Origin: Lama guanicoe
Lineage: Eukaryota
NCBI GenBank assembly: GCA_013239625.1
Contig: MU053652.1
Location: forward strand, 2,854,001-2,918,000
Direction of reading: 5' to 3'
Length of the DNA stretch: 64,000 bases
How positions within the stretch are numbered: the stretch's first letter is position 1; every line of letters begins with the position of its first letter. The notes beneath the pieces were generated by a model, which was not told the DNA's origin, made no database searches, and saw only the letters and a list, made by a program, of their open reading frames with translations. The position numbers and the translations under genes are program-made. Below, one piece after another: positions 39,398-52,479 of the stretch.

Positions 39398-41165
39398 TAA
39401 TTCCAAGAAGATCAGTTACACCATTGCTCCATTATTCTGGGTTTTTAATTTCTTGGTCGATCATCAGTATAGCATAAAGATTACATTTCTTTTGAGAATC
39501 TTTACCACTCCTTGGTAATTCTGAGCCTCAAACCATGGCTCAGAATTCTTGGCTTAAAAATATGCCTACTGTGCCCATACTTCTGTATAACTCTCAGGCA
39601 GTCATGTAACAGAAAGACTTTGGCAGTGGTGTGAGATTTATTTGCAAATTGCAGTGTCGACATAATTCTTTCTTCATTGACATTGCCTGGTGAGGGAGTC
39701 CTATCTCACTGTGGTTTGTCCTCCCCGTGGTTTCCGTAGTGTTAGGGAGAATGCTACAGAAAAACGAACCCTGTCTAGTTTTGACTCACTCAGATGTGGT
39801 GTGTCTTTCGTCTTTCGTCTTTTGTCTTTCTGAGATGGGATATGAGAGGCATGCCCCGAAGGCGGCAAATCAGACTTCCACACGCGTTGCCTTCACTTAG
39901 CCAATAGCTTGCTCAGAACGTGTATATTATGATGTGCAGTTTCATTCATCAAGGGGATTTTGGGCTCCAGCAGCAAATATCCTTGAGTCTTGGGTGACTC
40001 CTGGACTTTGGGCTTTGAACTGACTCCTCCATAGACGCAAGAAGGGGCATCTGGCTGTGAGAAGAATGAATGGGAACCGAGGTAAGGAGAGATTAGAGAA
40101 ATCATTCCCTTTCTTTTTGTTTGGGTAGATTTGAGATTTTAGAAAAATTAGTTCTCTGTTTGAGAAGAACTCAGAACTATTTGTCATGAGTTTTTCCCTC
40201 TGCTTTATAGTATTACCCTGTGTATCATCATCCCTTTGATGTGAAATCCACCCTCGTCAAAATGTAGTTTCATTTTCAAATATTTAAGTATAGGATTCCG
40301 TTTTTCTTTCTGTGCCTGAAATTTTTAAAAAGAAATATCTATAGTTGCTAAGATACTAATTACACATGGGTTCCTCGTTCAGAACTGAAGTCTTGTATAT
40401 TTTAGGAAGGACGCTTTAAAAGTTGGGTAGGGAAAGATCGGTGTTTGCATTTGATTTATGAAACAGTGATGTTACAAGTGTGTCCGACTTTTTCCGATAT
40501 TAAAGGTCAGATTTTTGAGACATGCTGCTTAACTTGTTCTGAGGAAGGAGCTCTGAGGTCTCTCCCCCTGCCGCTCCTCCAGGTTTTCTGCTGGGGGGAC
40601 CAGCTCTGTCTCTCCTCAGGCAGGGGGTTCAGTCTGTGTACATTCAGTGCCGTGGCATTTTTCTTGAAGAAGTGACTAAGGCTTCTTGGATGAATTCTCT
40701 CTTTGAAAGAGGTGGTAGGATTGCATCAGAAAGGCATTTACAGTAAATGGCTCCCCCTCCTTCCTGTAATGACCACAAATGAAAGAATGCATTAATTCTT
40801 GTTTTGAGGAAATAAGAGTTATAGAGTGCTATAAAAAAACTCCCTTGTCATCATTAATTAACTGGATTTGAATGTTAAAAAATTCTACAATCAGAATGAC
40901 TTCATGCTATCTAAATAAATGTCGCAGAGATACAGCTTTTTACGCTGTATTCTACATGAAGTAACCAATTATCTTGAATTCAAAAAGAGGAAATAATGTT
41001 GAATATGGCTATAGTTAATGGCATAAATCTAGACTAATTTCCTCGGAGTCATCTTCCATGTTACATTGATGCCCTTCTAAGGTATGTTGCTGACTTTGTC
41101 CTTCAGGATTTGATTCTTTGTCGTGGACACGGAGGCTGGGAGTAAAACTCCCATAGGTCATCACC

Positions 41166-41825
41166 CAGGAGTTCTCATGGGAACAGTGCCGCCCCCTGGA
41201 GGGCATAGTAGAAATTTGGGGTGATGTTGAGCTCTACAATGAAGGGTGCTGAAAGGGTGGGAGTCAGATTTTAAACGTCCCACAGTGGAAAACACAAAGA
41301 ATTGTCCTGTGTCCCACACACATTTCAACTATCCTCTTGGGTATTTATGTAGTGAAAGTTAATTTATAACTATCCGAGCCTAGACCTAAATTCATTTTAC
41401 ATAAAAACACAAAGATAACTGTCATGCACTTTTAATAAAACAACATACTCAGTTTCATTCTGTGGTCCAGCTATATACCTCTCCTTTTTGGTTTTCTTGT
41501 ACTTTCAATATGGAAAACTTATGATTTGACTTCTCTTTACCCAGGTTTCTTCTTTTAAGTAAGTGAAAAGCATTTACTTCATTTCATAGTTAATTGGATC
41601 TGAAAATTACTTGCATATTGAAATATGTAGTATTGTTATAGATTGCTTTTTCTTCTTGTTTCTCCTTTACGTTAACATTTACAGTGTTATGTTGATGTTT
41701 TTAAAATTATGTGTATACTGGTTAATACTTACCAATGAATTTTATCTCAGAATAGTAAATAGGGCATTACAGAATATTTTGGTTATAAAAAGAAGGCTTT
41801 GAGACTGGTGGGGGTTTGAGCCAGG
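41166..41825 (+). mobile_element. MER20B-like hAT-Charlie element
   Basis: gccgccccctggagggc...aaagaattgtcctgtgtccc...tatccgagcctagacctaa...ttttacataaaaacacaaag...tatctcagaatagtaaatagggcattac. Confidence 0.7.
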
Positions 41826-42319
41826 AAGAACAGCATGCAGATCACCCAGATGGGAGGGACGTTCATCTTCTGTATGAAGTTCTCCAGGGAAGGTTTCACA
41901 TGTACTCATCAATATGTTTTAGTATCTTGAAGTCTTCACATTAAGCTAGTTCTTATTAGTACTGTCCAGGAGTCTGCATTATGTCACTCTAAAAGCACAG
42001 CCTTTAGTTTCTGCCTGTAGGAAAGGACAGTTTTGGAGAGAGGCTTACAGGTCATCCCACAAGCTAGCGGAGGAGTTAAAAACAGACTCAGATTTTCTTG
42101 GAACAGTGGGGCATCGTGGCACTGTCTCCTTCCCATGACCATGTTCGACACGTGCTGTTTTAAACTTCCAACTGTGCAGTACATACAGCACATCTTAGGT
42201 AAGGAATTGTCTGTGTCTCAGGACTACGTCATCAGAGTCAGGGTACCCAGGCATGTGCACACAGTGTTCGCTGATACTTGTTTTTTAGGGGCCGTATTTG
42301 TAATTCCGTAGACATTTTT

Positions 42320-43110
42320 CCCTTGGATTGTTATTTCTTGTCCATGTTTTGATTGTTGTTTGTTTTTATGTGGATGTAATTATTGTTTCTCAGGTATTTT
42401 TAGGGACACTAATAAGAGTTGTTTGGGGGGTTCTTTATAAAGTATCTTCACTCTTTGGAATTTTCTGTTTTCTTCTAGGGTCTTTTTGTTGTTTATCTTG
42501 ATTTTCCACTTTCATGTTGTAGACTTTCTTTAAATACACATTTGTCCCTGACTGTTCGTTTGTGTGAAGGTGAGGTGGCCTTACGGCCGCCAGGGCTCTG
42601 TCTGTGTAGGTGCGTCTTGCCCCCGGCAGCTTCCCTCCGGTGGCACCGAGCCAGCCCTCGTGTTGGAGAGTTGCTAAGTGTCAGAGTGATGAAGAGGGCT
42701 TGACTTCGGGGTTCTCAGAATCACATTAGCTGTTTAGCTCTCACCAGACATTGTGTTTAATTTCCTAAGAGAATCATTTCCCTTTTAAGTTTTGGTTCTT
42801 GCCCGGGGGCCTGTAAGTTTTGTTGTTTCTCATAAGGCTAGGAATTCAGCCTGGAAGTAACAGTTGTTGACAGTTAGACTTGAGCTAATCTTCTCCTTTT
42901 ACCCTTTTTGTCCTTCCTGGCCCCTCTTGTGCTTTTCCGGAGTTTGGAGTCTCTTCGAGGTTTCGCTGGGTCAGTCAGTCACGTCCGCCCTCAGCAGCAA
43001 CCCGCTTAGACGGTCTCCGGGGCCGTCAGCTGCCTCTGCTCCGCTCCACCAGTCAGTCTTCCTCATCGATTCTATGGCTTCCAGGTTCTCGTTGGAATCT
43101 CTCAGGTCCA
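42320..43110 (-). mobile_element. Ancient HAL1/L1M 5'-region-like fragment
   Basis: ctttcatgttgtagactttctttaaat...ccctgactgttcgtttg resembles antisense HAL1/L1M sequence; very diverged. Confidence 0.35.
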
Positions 43111-43197
43111 CGGTAGTCTTTTAACTGTGGTGGGTGTATATACTTCCTTATAACTGCAATGGGATTTTTCATGCGCCCTGACCACCATTTTGAAGTG

Positions 43198-43474
43198 GTG
43201 TCTGGGTTCAGGCTCGACAACAAAGCTCCACAGCAGAGATTTACTGCACACAGTTCTGGAGGCTGGCGTGTAGACCGCCATCTCCTCGCGGTGCCCTCAC
43301 ACGGTGGAAGGGGCGGGGAGCTCTCTGGGGTCTCGTTCATAGGAACACTCACCCCATTCCTGACGGCTCAGCTTTCACCAGCACCTCACAAAAGCCCCAT
43401 CTCCTCATATCGTCAGATTAAAATTTCAGCCTTTGAATTTGGGTTGGGGGGACAGAAACAGTCAGTCTGAAGCA
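43198..43474 (-). mobile_element. MLT1A-like MaLR solo LTR
   Basis: cagagatttactgcacacagttctggaggctgg...ctctctggggtctc...aagccccatctcct...aatttcagcctttgaattt...gggggacagaaacagtcagtc. Confidence 0.8.
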
Positions 43475-44784
43475 AGCACATGAGAAGCCCATTCATTTGT
43501 CGATTTGTCAGAAGTCCATCTGAAGAATTAAATCAGAAAGGCATTTAGCCAGGGAGAAGTTTATTTGAGGGCACAGTAACTACAGTGGGTACTGGGGTTT
43601 GGAGACCAACTGTCAGAACATGTTGACTGGGAAGAAACAATGAGCTGACGTTGCTGTACAAAGATTTACACTTTGCAGCCACGCAGGCGTCTACAGTCAC
43701 TTGTCACAGAATGCCCTGCGATGCTCTTCTAGCTTTGTTGCTGGAAGGAAAGATGGATCTTGTAAAACGTCCAACTTAATCATGAAAAAAAATCTATAAA
43801 AGTAGTGGTAGTTGTTCCTGGTCTTTAATACAAATGTGCATATGCATAAGTATTTTAACTTCTTTTCTCCCTTCCCATTTCCTTTGTGAAAAAAACCTCC
43901 AAATTCTTACTGATCATCCTTTTCTTATATTTGTTGCATAGTTCCTGAAAATGTATAGTAGATACTATGAAGATGGGAAAAAAATCAGATGGTCACTAAT
44001 TAGTCCTCTGACTTCCTCACACAAGGGGTATCTATCCATTTGTATCTCAGAAGAAATTCTGAATTGTTTTTTTTCTGATCTTCTTGTTCCCTCATTTTAC
44101 TTGGAAAAAGTAGCTCTTTTTCCCTGCGGAAAACCCCCAGGGATCTTCCCCAGAGGTCTTCCACAGTTGCCCCAACATGATTGAACCTAACGTAGAATCT
44201 TCTCGGGCCTCTCCCGATCTCCAGAACGACGTTGGGAGCCCAGATCTGTCTCTAGAATGTGCAAAGTAGTACTGTTGTTGCATGTTAATTATTCTTCACG
44301 TAAATAGGAGTAATTGAGGGTAATAAAGACTCTCTGGAATCTGACCTCTGTGTTCTGTAAGTAGCTCACCACTTTGGAGCCTTCTGGAGAGTTCCAGGTC
44401 AAAGAGCAGGCCCTCTGAGGCCAGGCCGCTGAAAGCAGACGTGGAGAGTGCTGCAACGTCCTGCGCTCTGCGGATGCGAGCTCCCAGAACATGCTTGTCA
44501 TCTTATTTCCCGTATTGGCCAGAGCAAATATCATCAGCCTGTTCCAGGTTCCTTTCTGTCTAAATCCTCCTTTTCCCTTTTACTCCCCATAATCTGCTGG
44601 AGGTGAGGAATGTGTTGAATGCGGCTTGCCAGGTGTCTGCTGGAGAATGATGGGCCTGAGAAGGATATGTTGACTGAGAATTTAGAGCACTCCCATGCTC
44701 GTCCTGGGACCTGGCATATGGGTTGACTGGATGATGGGACCAACCTTGTATGGACGGTCCCAAAGAAGTGAGACAGCCTTAGTG

Positions 44785-45452
44785 AAATGCTGTGATGTTA
44801 AGTATACTCATGTGACCAAACGCCAGTTAACGTACAGGACATTTCTTCACTAGGTTTCTTCATGCCCTATCCAGTCACCCTCCACCCCGCTGGCATACGC
44901 TTTCTGATTTCTATCACTGTAGGATACTTCTTCCTGTTCTGGAACTTCATCTTAATGGAATCTCAGATCATCTACTTTTCTCATACCTGGTTTCCTTCAC
45001 ACAGCAGTTTTATGTTCATATGTCATTCATTCTTCCTTTATTGCTGGGCAGTATTCTGTTGTACGAATGGACCCAAGCCTGTGACCCATCCTTCCGGTGC
45101 TGAGCGTTCGGATTGTTGTCACCTTTTGTCTATTATGCATATTAAGCTGCTGAAATGAGTTCTCTCTCTCTCATACTCATCCCTTTTTGTATTTGAGCTT
45201 GATTGCTAGGCCGTACAGTAGGTAGGTGTATGTTTACCCTTGTAAGGCACTTCCAAGCAGTTTTCCAAAGTAGTTGTACCGTTTTATACTCCAGCCAGCA
45301 GTGGATGAGGGTTCCAGGTGCTCCAATTCCTTCTTAACAGTTGTGTAGTCTTGGTTTTTCTAATTTTAGCCTTTCTGCTGGATAGCAGGTGGTATCTTTC
45401 TGTGGTTTTTTAATTCCCATTTCCTTGATGACGAACATGTTCTTATTGGCCT
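44785..45452 (-). mobile_element. L1ME-type 3' end/ORF2 fragment
   Basis: ttctgatttctatcactgtag...ctgttctggaacttcat...gttttccaaagtagttgtaccgttttatactccagccagcagtggatgagggttccag. Confidence 0.8.
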
Positions 45453-46459
45453 GGGTCAGTGAGCACTGTGGAACTGTTCGCAAGTAGTAACATTATTTAC
45501 TTTTATCATAAAAATGCACAAGAAAAAGAAATCTTTTTTAAAAGAAGAAATTAAAAAGCAAAAGTATATCACTGTCATGTGGTTTAGATACCTCACTATT
45601 CGTAGCAGACTCTGCAGTTGGTTGAACTGGTCAGATTTCACTGTTAATTCCCATTCTCTCCCCAAAAGATGCAGAATTAAAGGTTTTTCTTTTGAGCTCC
45701 TTGGGAGATCTATGCCCTGAAAATATAACAGATGCTTCATATTAACTTCTAGAATAACTTCTGTTGCTACAAAAATATTTTATGAGGGAAGATTCTTTGA
45801 GCTCCCATCTTACTCTCCTTGTACTCTGCTCTGAGCTCAAGTCAGACACCAGAGCCACTCACTGGAAATACCACCTCCCCTCGCCTGTGTTTGGACTTGT
45901 ACTGTTGTGCTCAGCTTTTGGCCCCCGTTTTTGCTTTCTCTAGCAATTTCCTGGCCAGAGCAGGAGCTAGAGCTGAGTCTGGGAGTGATGATGGTGATGG
46001 ATCTGTTTGCCGACCTGCGCTTCCCCCTGCATCTCTGGAAGGAGGAACGTGTACGACCCTCACTGTAATCTGTGCCACTTTAGCAAGATTGACGGTACCT
46101 GAAAGCAAAATCCAGCTCAGAACAAACATGAAGGTTGTTAATGTGCTATTAATGGTGTTGAAATATGATGTTTTGGTTATGCCTACAAACTGAGTTTGAC
46201 TGTAGACTGTCAGGCGATGGCTGTGGTAGTCTGTATGAAGAAGCGTCTGTCTTTGTGGTACCATAACGTGGTTAAGCCGTACGGAAGATCGATGTTACTA
46301 CAGCTGACTCAGCTGGTCTTACTGTGTTGAAGATGGGCTCCTTGTGAGATCTGTTCTGTGTCATTGGGCTTTCCTTTATGTTCTCAGTGTTGCTCGGTGA
46401 ATGCCACTGAGGCACAGAGCGGGGCATGATTGACGTCGGGGAGGTGACCTTCTGCTGAG

Positions 46460-47945
46460 TGGGAGTTCCCTCCCTGCCATCCGTCCAGGTCCTCTCTCAC
46501 CTCCCAGCAGCTCCCGCACATTCCTGGCTCTCACTCCTCACTCTCTGTAGCTGCCACCCCCCTGGGCACGAGAAAACAGGCACCAAGAGGTGAGCTCACT
46601 CAGGTTCCGGTCCTAATCAACACACTTCATCTGCACCCGCCCCATTTTCTCTGCGTCCTGTTTCAGTGGTGAAGCCCTTGCCTGTGTCTAAGACTCTGGA
46701 CCTCATCCCCTCTCACTTCCACAGAGACTTTCTCTCCTTGACCTACCATTTGCCATTGACTTTATTCTACAAGCATGTAACCTGCTCAAGTCTTACCAAT
46801 TAAAAAAAAAAACAATGCACACACGCACCAGCCTCCAGTACTGCCTTCCCTTTTGGTTGTTTCTCCAGTCACTTCTCCCTCCAGGGCCAAACTACTTGGA
46901 AGGATCGTGTGTGTTTGCTGCCTCCATTTCTTCACCCCTGCCACTCCTCCAGCTGCTCCAGTGTGGCTTTTGCTCCTGTGACCAAACTGATGCTGCTCTG
47001 GCGAAAGCCAGTGGTCACCGTTTCATTCTTCTGTTGTCTTATTTCTAAGAGACATTTAGATTCATGTCTCCCAAGACCTGTCTGTGGTGATGGTGTTTGA
47101 GGTCCTCTCCTTTCTGGCTGGCCTCCAGGACCCTGCCCTGCCCCTCAGTCTTCTTCTCCTCCTCCTTGCCCTTTGCACACTCTTTCTGTCCATCTCTAAG
47201 CTCCATACTTTGTATTCAAATACCAGCTGAACATTCCCACTTTGATATCTTGCTAGGGCCTCGTAGCCAAGAGATTCCAAACAGATCAAGAGACCTGAGC
47301 CTGAAACCTGTGACTTACTGACCCTTCTCTCTCCTCATCTTCCAAATCTACAATGAAACCAAATCTGATAAAAATTCCCCATATGGACCGTTCTCAGACC
47401 CATCTACTCTGCCTCCAGTGTGCTCTTCTAGGTTACTGTCCCCTTTGACGTAAATTACTGCATTTTTAGCGTCCTCTCTCCCTGCTACTGGCGCTCCTCC
47501 CCAGTCCGTTATCCTGACTGCGTTCAGACTGATGTGTCTAAAAAGCATCCTCATCATGTCACTTCTCTGCTTCAGCTGTCACCCCTTTCTATGATACCCT
47601 GTACCCATCGTGATCGGGGCCCCTGTGGGGTGTGTGCTCTCACCCTGTGCATAAACAAGTCACCAAACACTAGAACTCAAAGGGAGATGGAGAAGAGTTA
47701 TTTCCCACTCCACGAAGCAGAAAATGAAAATCCCAACAGGACATCACTCATTGCTGCCCTTCAAGGTTCCTGATCATGGGCTTCATACCCCTCCCGTCCC
47801 TCCCAGCCTTCCCCCAGTCCCCTGTTGGTGCATCCCAGCCCCAGCTGCTCCCAACTGTCCTCCTTCTACTCCATTTGCCTCCCGCCCCCCATCTTTAGAG
47901 CAGCTCAGCTCTTTGCCGAATGTTCTGATCCTTACGTTTCACCCC
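46460..47945 (+). mobile_element. Fragmented L2 LINE (C-rich internal and 3' region)
   Basis: ctctggacctcatcccctctcacttcc...ctccagtgtggcttttgctcc...ctgatgctgctctggcgaaagcc...cattcccactttgatatct...aaattactgcattttt. Confidence 0.6.
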
Positions 47946-48004
47946 TGGCTTGTCTTAGTTTGGGTTCCCCTCAATGCGGATTTTGAACAAGGAGATAGTC
48001 TGGG

Positions 48005-48180
48005 CTGACTCCACTATGTAAGAGCTAGATAACCTCTCTGTGACTCAGTTTTCTCATCTTTAAAATCTGACTTTATAAGGTGGTAGTGGAATTTAAATTA
48101 ATTTGCACGTGGAGAGTGCTTTTAAAACTCTGACGCATAGGAGTAGTCAGTCAAGTTTGCTGCAGTGATAACAATGACTA
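48005..48180 (+). mobile_element. MIR fragment
   Basis: taacctctctgtgactcagttttctcatctttaaaat. Confidence 0.7.
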
Positions 48181-48229
48181 CTTGAATTATTAAAAATGTC
48201 ACTTCTTACAGGTTTCCATCCTCAACTTA

Positions 48230-48420
48230 TCTAGACCAGATTGGAGCCCCCTCTTATGGGTACCAATAACATCCTATGCCTCTTTTAAATGGTAATTGCT
48301 AGTTTGATGAAGGAAAGGTGATGACATCCTGTTTACCTCTCAGTGCCTAGCCCAATGCCTGGAATACAGTATATGGTATGTACTGTGCACTAAATAAATA
48401 TTTTTGAATGGAATTAATCA
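48230..48420 (+). mobile_element. L2 3' terminus
   Basis: cagtgcctagcccaatgcctggaatacagta...taaataaatatttttgaatg. Confidence 0.6.
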
Positions 48421-48876
48421 AATGACTTACAGAAAGAATATTCCAATTATGCTATGCTTCTTATCTTTAATAAGCTGCCTTAAAAATAAAACACACCTAT
48501 TAAACAGTAAATCGTGACAAACAAAGCATAACTACGCTCCAGGGGTTTGACTTTAAATCCAGCATCATTGAGTGACCCTGGGCAAACCCTCTGGGTGTCT
48601 GTGTCCCTGGAGCAGCTCTGCCTAAGGGCCTTGGTCCAGATCCAGAATCCTTTAATTCTCTGACAGTGGGGCTCAGTAAAGATAGACTCGGGGCTTCCCT
48701 CACAGTTACGTTCTTTGCTGTTAGCTGATGGGAAAGGGCATCTTGTAGCTTGGGCTTGAAGGTCCTTTCCTGGTTGTGGGGAATTTTTCAAGCTGGCTGT
48801 GATGAGAGGGTCTCAGAGAACCACAGAGAGGTCGGGTATGTTCTCTTCAAGTTGAACATAATGAATGTCCCTTCTT

Positions 48877-48967
48877 TTTTTTTTTTAACATTTTTTATTG
48901 ATTTATAATCATTTTACAATGTTGTGTCAAATTCCAGTGTTCAGCACAATTTTTCAGTCATTCATGG
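48877..48967 (-). mobile_element. Very young, extremely 5'-truncated L1 3' end (91 bp) with perfect 15-bp TSD
   Basis: tgaatgtcccttctt at 48862-48876 and 48968-48982 flanks poly-T plus aacattttttattgatttataatcattttacaatgttgtgtcaaattccag. Confidence 0.9.
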
Positions 48968-49194
48968 TGAATGTCCCTTCTTATTTTCACTTTTGACCTT
49001 CTGTATTTCTGACCTGACTTCTATAATTTTATTTAAAGAACCTAGTATCAGAAGTAAGGTCTATTTTGTTTTGCTGGGTGTGCCTTTGACATCCTTTAAA
49101 TTTTCTTTCCTGCCAATTCAGAGGGCTTATTCAGAACTTCTAACTCTGATGACGTCTTTCTTTATTCCTTTCTTTAACGGTGTACACACACACA

Positions 49195-50395
49195 TTTTAA
49201 AATTGTGGTAAAATATGTACTGTGTAAAATTTATGATCTTAACCATTTTTAAGCATTAAGACTTAAATATAAGACAAAATACTATAAACCTCTTAAAAGA
49301 AGACATAGGCAAAACATTCTCTGACATAAATCTTAGCAATGTTCTCCTAGGGCAGTTTACCCAGGCAATAGATATAAAGCAAAAATAAATGAATTGGACC
49401 TAATTAAACTCATAAGTAAATTAAACTCATGCTTTTGCACAGCAAAGGAAACCATAAGTAAAACAAAACAACCACCAATGGAATGGGAGAAAATATTTAT
49501 GAATGATGCAACTGACAAAGGCTTAATTTCCAGAATATATAAACAGCTCATACAGCTTAATGAGAAAAAAACAAACAACCCAATCCAAAATAGGCAGAAG
49601 ACCTAAACAAGCATTTCTCCCATAAAGACATACAAATGGCCAATAGGCACGTGAAAAAAAAACGCTCAGTATCGCTGATTATCAGAGAAATACATATCAA
49701 AACTACAATGAGGTATCATCTCACACCAGTCAGAATGGCCATCATTCAAAAGTCCACAAATGATAAATGCTGGAGAGGCTGTGGAGAAAGGGAGCCCTCC
49801 TGCACTGCTGGTGGGAATGTAGTTTGGTGCAGCTGTTATGAAAAACAGTATGGAGATACCTCAAAAAAACTAAAAATAGACTTACCATATGATCCAGCAG
49901 TCCCACTCCTGGGCATACATCTGGAGGAAACTCTTAATTGTACAGTTCAGTGGCATTAAGTACATTCACGTTATTGAATAGCCATCACTACCCCCATCTC
50001 CAGAACTCTTTTCATCTGGCAAAACTGAAACTGCATACCCATTAAATACTCTCTCACCATTCCCCCTTCTCCACAGTCCCTGGCAAGCAAAATTCTTTCT
50101 GTCTCTACGAATTTGATTTTTTCTGGAACCTCATATAAGGAAACTTGTACAGTATGTGTCTTTTTGTGACTGGCTTATTTCACTTAGCATGATGTCCTCA
50201 AGACTCAACTATGTTGTAGCAAGTGTCATAATTCATTTTTAAGGCTGAGTAATGTTGTATGTGTTGTATGTGTCGACCACATTTTGATTATCCATTCATC
50301 TATTAGTGGGCATTTGGGTTGCTTCTCTTTTTGGCTATTGTTAATAATGCTGCTAAGAACATAGGTATACAAGTAACTCTTTGAGACTCTTTTAA
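49195..50395 (-). mobile_element. L1MB-type 3' end, split by a younger L1 fragment
   Basis: atcttaaccatttttaag | tgtacagttcagtggcattaagtacattcac rejoins to the recalled L1MB consensus; continues through gactggcttatttcacttagcatgatgtcctcaag. Confidence 0.85.
49254..49938 (+). mobile_element. Younger L1 ORF2 C-terminal fragment (disrupted)
   Basis: ORFs 49394-49606 (FCTAKETI...[20 protein letters not shown]) and 49636-49959 ([23 protein letters not shown]...[12 protein letters not shown]) match L1 ORF2p. Confidence 0.95.
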
Positions 50396-51329
50396 TTATT
50401 TTGGATCTCATGATTTCTTGAATTTTCTTTCTTGATGCTTCTGTTGTTTTCATGGACTCTTGTTTTCCTCTTTTGGCCATTTACCACCCCTCCCCCACCA
50501 GCTTCTTTGTCATTTTCCTAATAATGTCCCCCGTCCAGATTCTTGCGCTTCAGTGTGGCACTCACAGAGCTGCTGCTATGTGGAGAAGACAGTTTGGCAG
50601 CTAAGAAATATTAGTTGTTCCCACCTCCTACACACCCACCAATTCCTGATATTTTCTGAAGACATGCCAGTGGTTCCTAAACTTAAAAAAAAAAAAAGTC
50701 CTAGTGATAGGGCAGATTTTTTTTGTGGCTGTTGACATTGTGTATTTTGAAATTTAACTATTAACTGTAGCACTTCCTGATGTATCAGTCCTACAGTTGT
50801 GATATTGATATCTATTTATTTTTCCTCATGAAAACAGTATATGACAATCACAGAAAACTTGTATAGAAAAAATATTAACACACAGTAAGCACTGTCTAAA
50901 GGCAGCCACTATTAACATCTTGATGCATGTTCCTCTGCTCTTTTTAATGTGAATTTTTACCTATTTAAGATCATACTGTTTTGCACCTCTTTTTTGCACT
51001 TAATAATAAAATGGAAGCATTCTCTTGTTAGATGCTTGTAAATACTTTATTTTATATGACTAAGAAATATTTATAGAGTGTTCATTAAGTTAAATAATAT
51101 TTTTTCAATTATAAAAATCATGTTTCTTACAGAAAATGTCAAATACTTCACTATTACAAAGAGGCAATGAAAAATCTAAGTCCTTTGGCCACCCCTTCTT
51201 AAGCTTTTTAAATGTATTCTTTTCCAGTTTCTTTTTTAGATCGGCTTCTCTGCACCCCTCGCCATTGGTCTGTCCCTCCCTCCTTCCCTCCTTCTTAGTT
51301 TGCTTTCTTAAGTAGCAACGTTGATGTCA

Positions 51330-52100
51330 TACATATATGTACAATTTTATTTACAGCATTTTCACCATGTTTTGTAATTTCCAGTGTCATTAAGTATTCT
51401 CCCAAAACCATTATTTAAACATACGAATTTGCTGTAATTTATTTAGTCACGTGCCTCCCATCACCTTTGGATGTGGAAGCTGTTTCCAGTTTTGTGTTAT
51501 TGTCCGGTGATTGTATGTATGTCCTTGTCTGGTTATCTTCCTTTGTATCTGTGATTGTTTCTTCAGGAGGTATTTATAGGCGTGTTATCAGTCAAAGCAG
51601 GTTTAAGGCTTGTAAAAAGATGTTGCTGATTTCCTGGAATTCACCTCCCTTCACTTGCTTGGCTCTTCTTGCTGTCCATCTTTGTGAATTTGATCGGTGA
51701 AAAAAATCTTCGTGTTTGCTAGTGAAATTCAACACTTTTTCGTGTTAATTGACCTTTTATATTTTGGAGTGAGTAGTCTGTTAATATCTTTTATGTTTTA
51801 CATTTGTAATAATATAAGGTATGTTATCCTGTTTCAAGTCTTCTGTTTTTTATTTACCATTTCAGTTTTGTCTGCTGCTTTAAGAGCCGCAGATTTTAAT
51901 GTTTTAATGTTGTCAGATTGATTCGATAACCTCGCCTTTCGTTACTCTTTTCATTGCTTTTATAAGGCTAAGACTTCTCTTACTATCTCAAATTCAGAAA
52001 TACTTTCCTCTAATTGTTTCTTTTTTTACCCTATTTACATTTTAATTTAATCTCCATGAAGTGGGAGCTAATTGTATTTTTTCTAGAGTATTATCTCGCT
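51330..52100 (-). mobile_element. Highly diverged old L1 fragment
   Basis: ctgtaatttatttagtcac...ctgtttccagtttt...agattttaatgttttaatgttgtcagatt...ttacattttaatttaatc. Confidence 0.55.
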
Positions 52101-52479
52101 CTTATGTTTGTCCAGAATCCCTGTAAAACTGTGATGTGAACCAAAACAAGTGCTTTTCCTTATTTCTGTGCCTTGATTTCCCCACTGGGAAAAATGAGGC
52201 TGTGACATACCTGTGGGAGGGAGGAGCCAGGAGGAGGGACTGGTTTCACGTCAGAAGCTTCACCCCTCAGTCCATAACTTGCTCTGCCTCTTCCCAGCTC
52301 AGGAAATGCGAGACCCCTCCCAGGCTGTGGGGGACAGAGACAGCAGCAGTAATAAGGGCCGGGGGCCGGCTGTGAGCCCAGAGTGAGCCTCTGTAAGTCT
52401 TGACCTTATTTCAGTCTTCCGTGACTGAAATAAGCTACTGGGGCTCAGCTTATTGGAGACTGACTTGATTATAGATGTA

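Noticed and set aside
49394..49959. L1 ORF2-like ORFs as a functional or domesticated gene
   Set aside because: Split by stop/frameshift; lacks endonuclease and RT domains and a promoter
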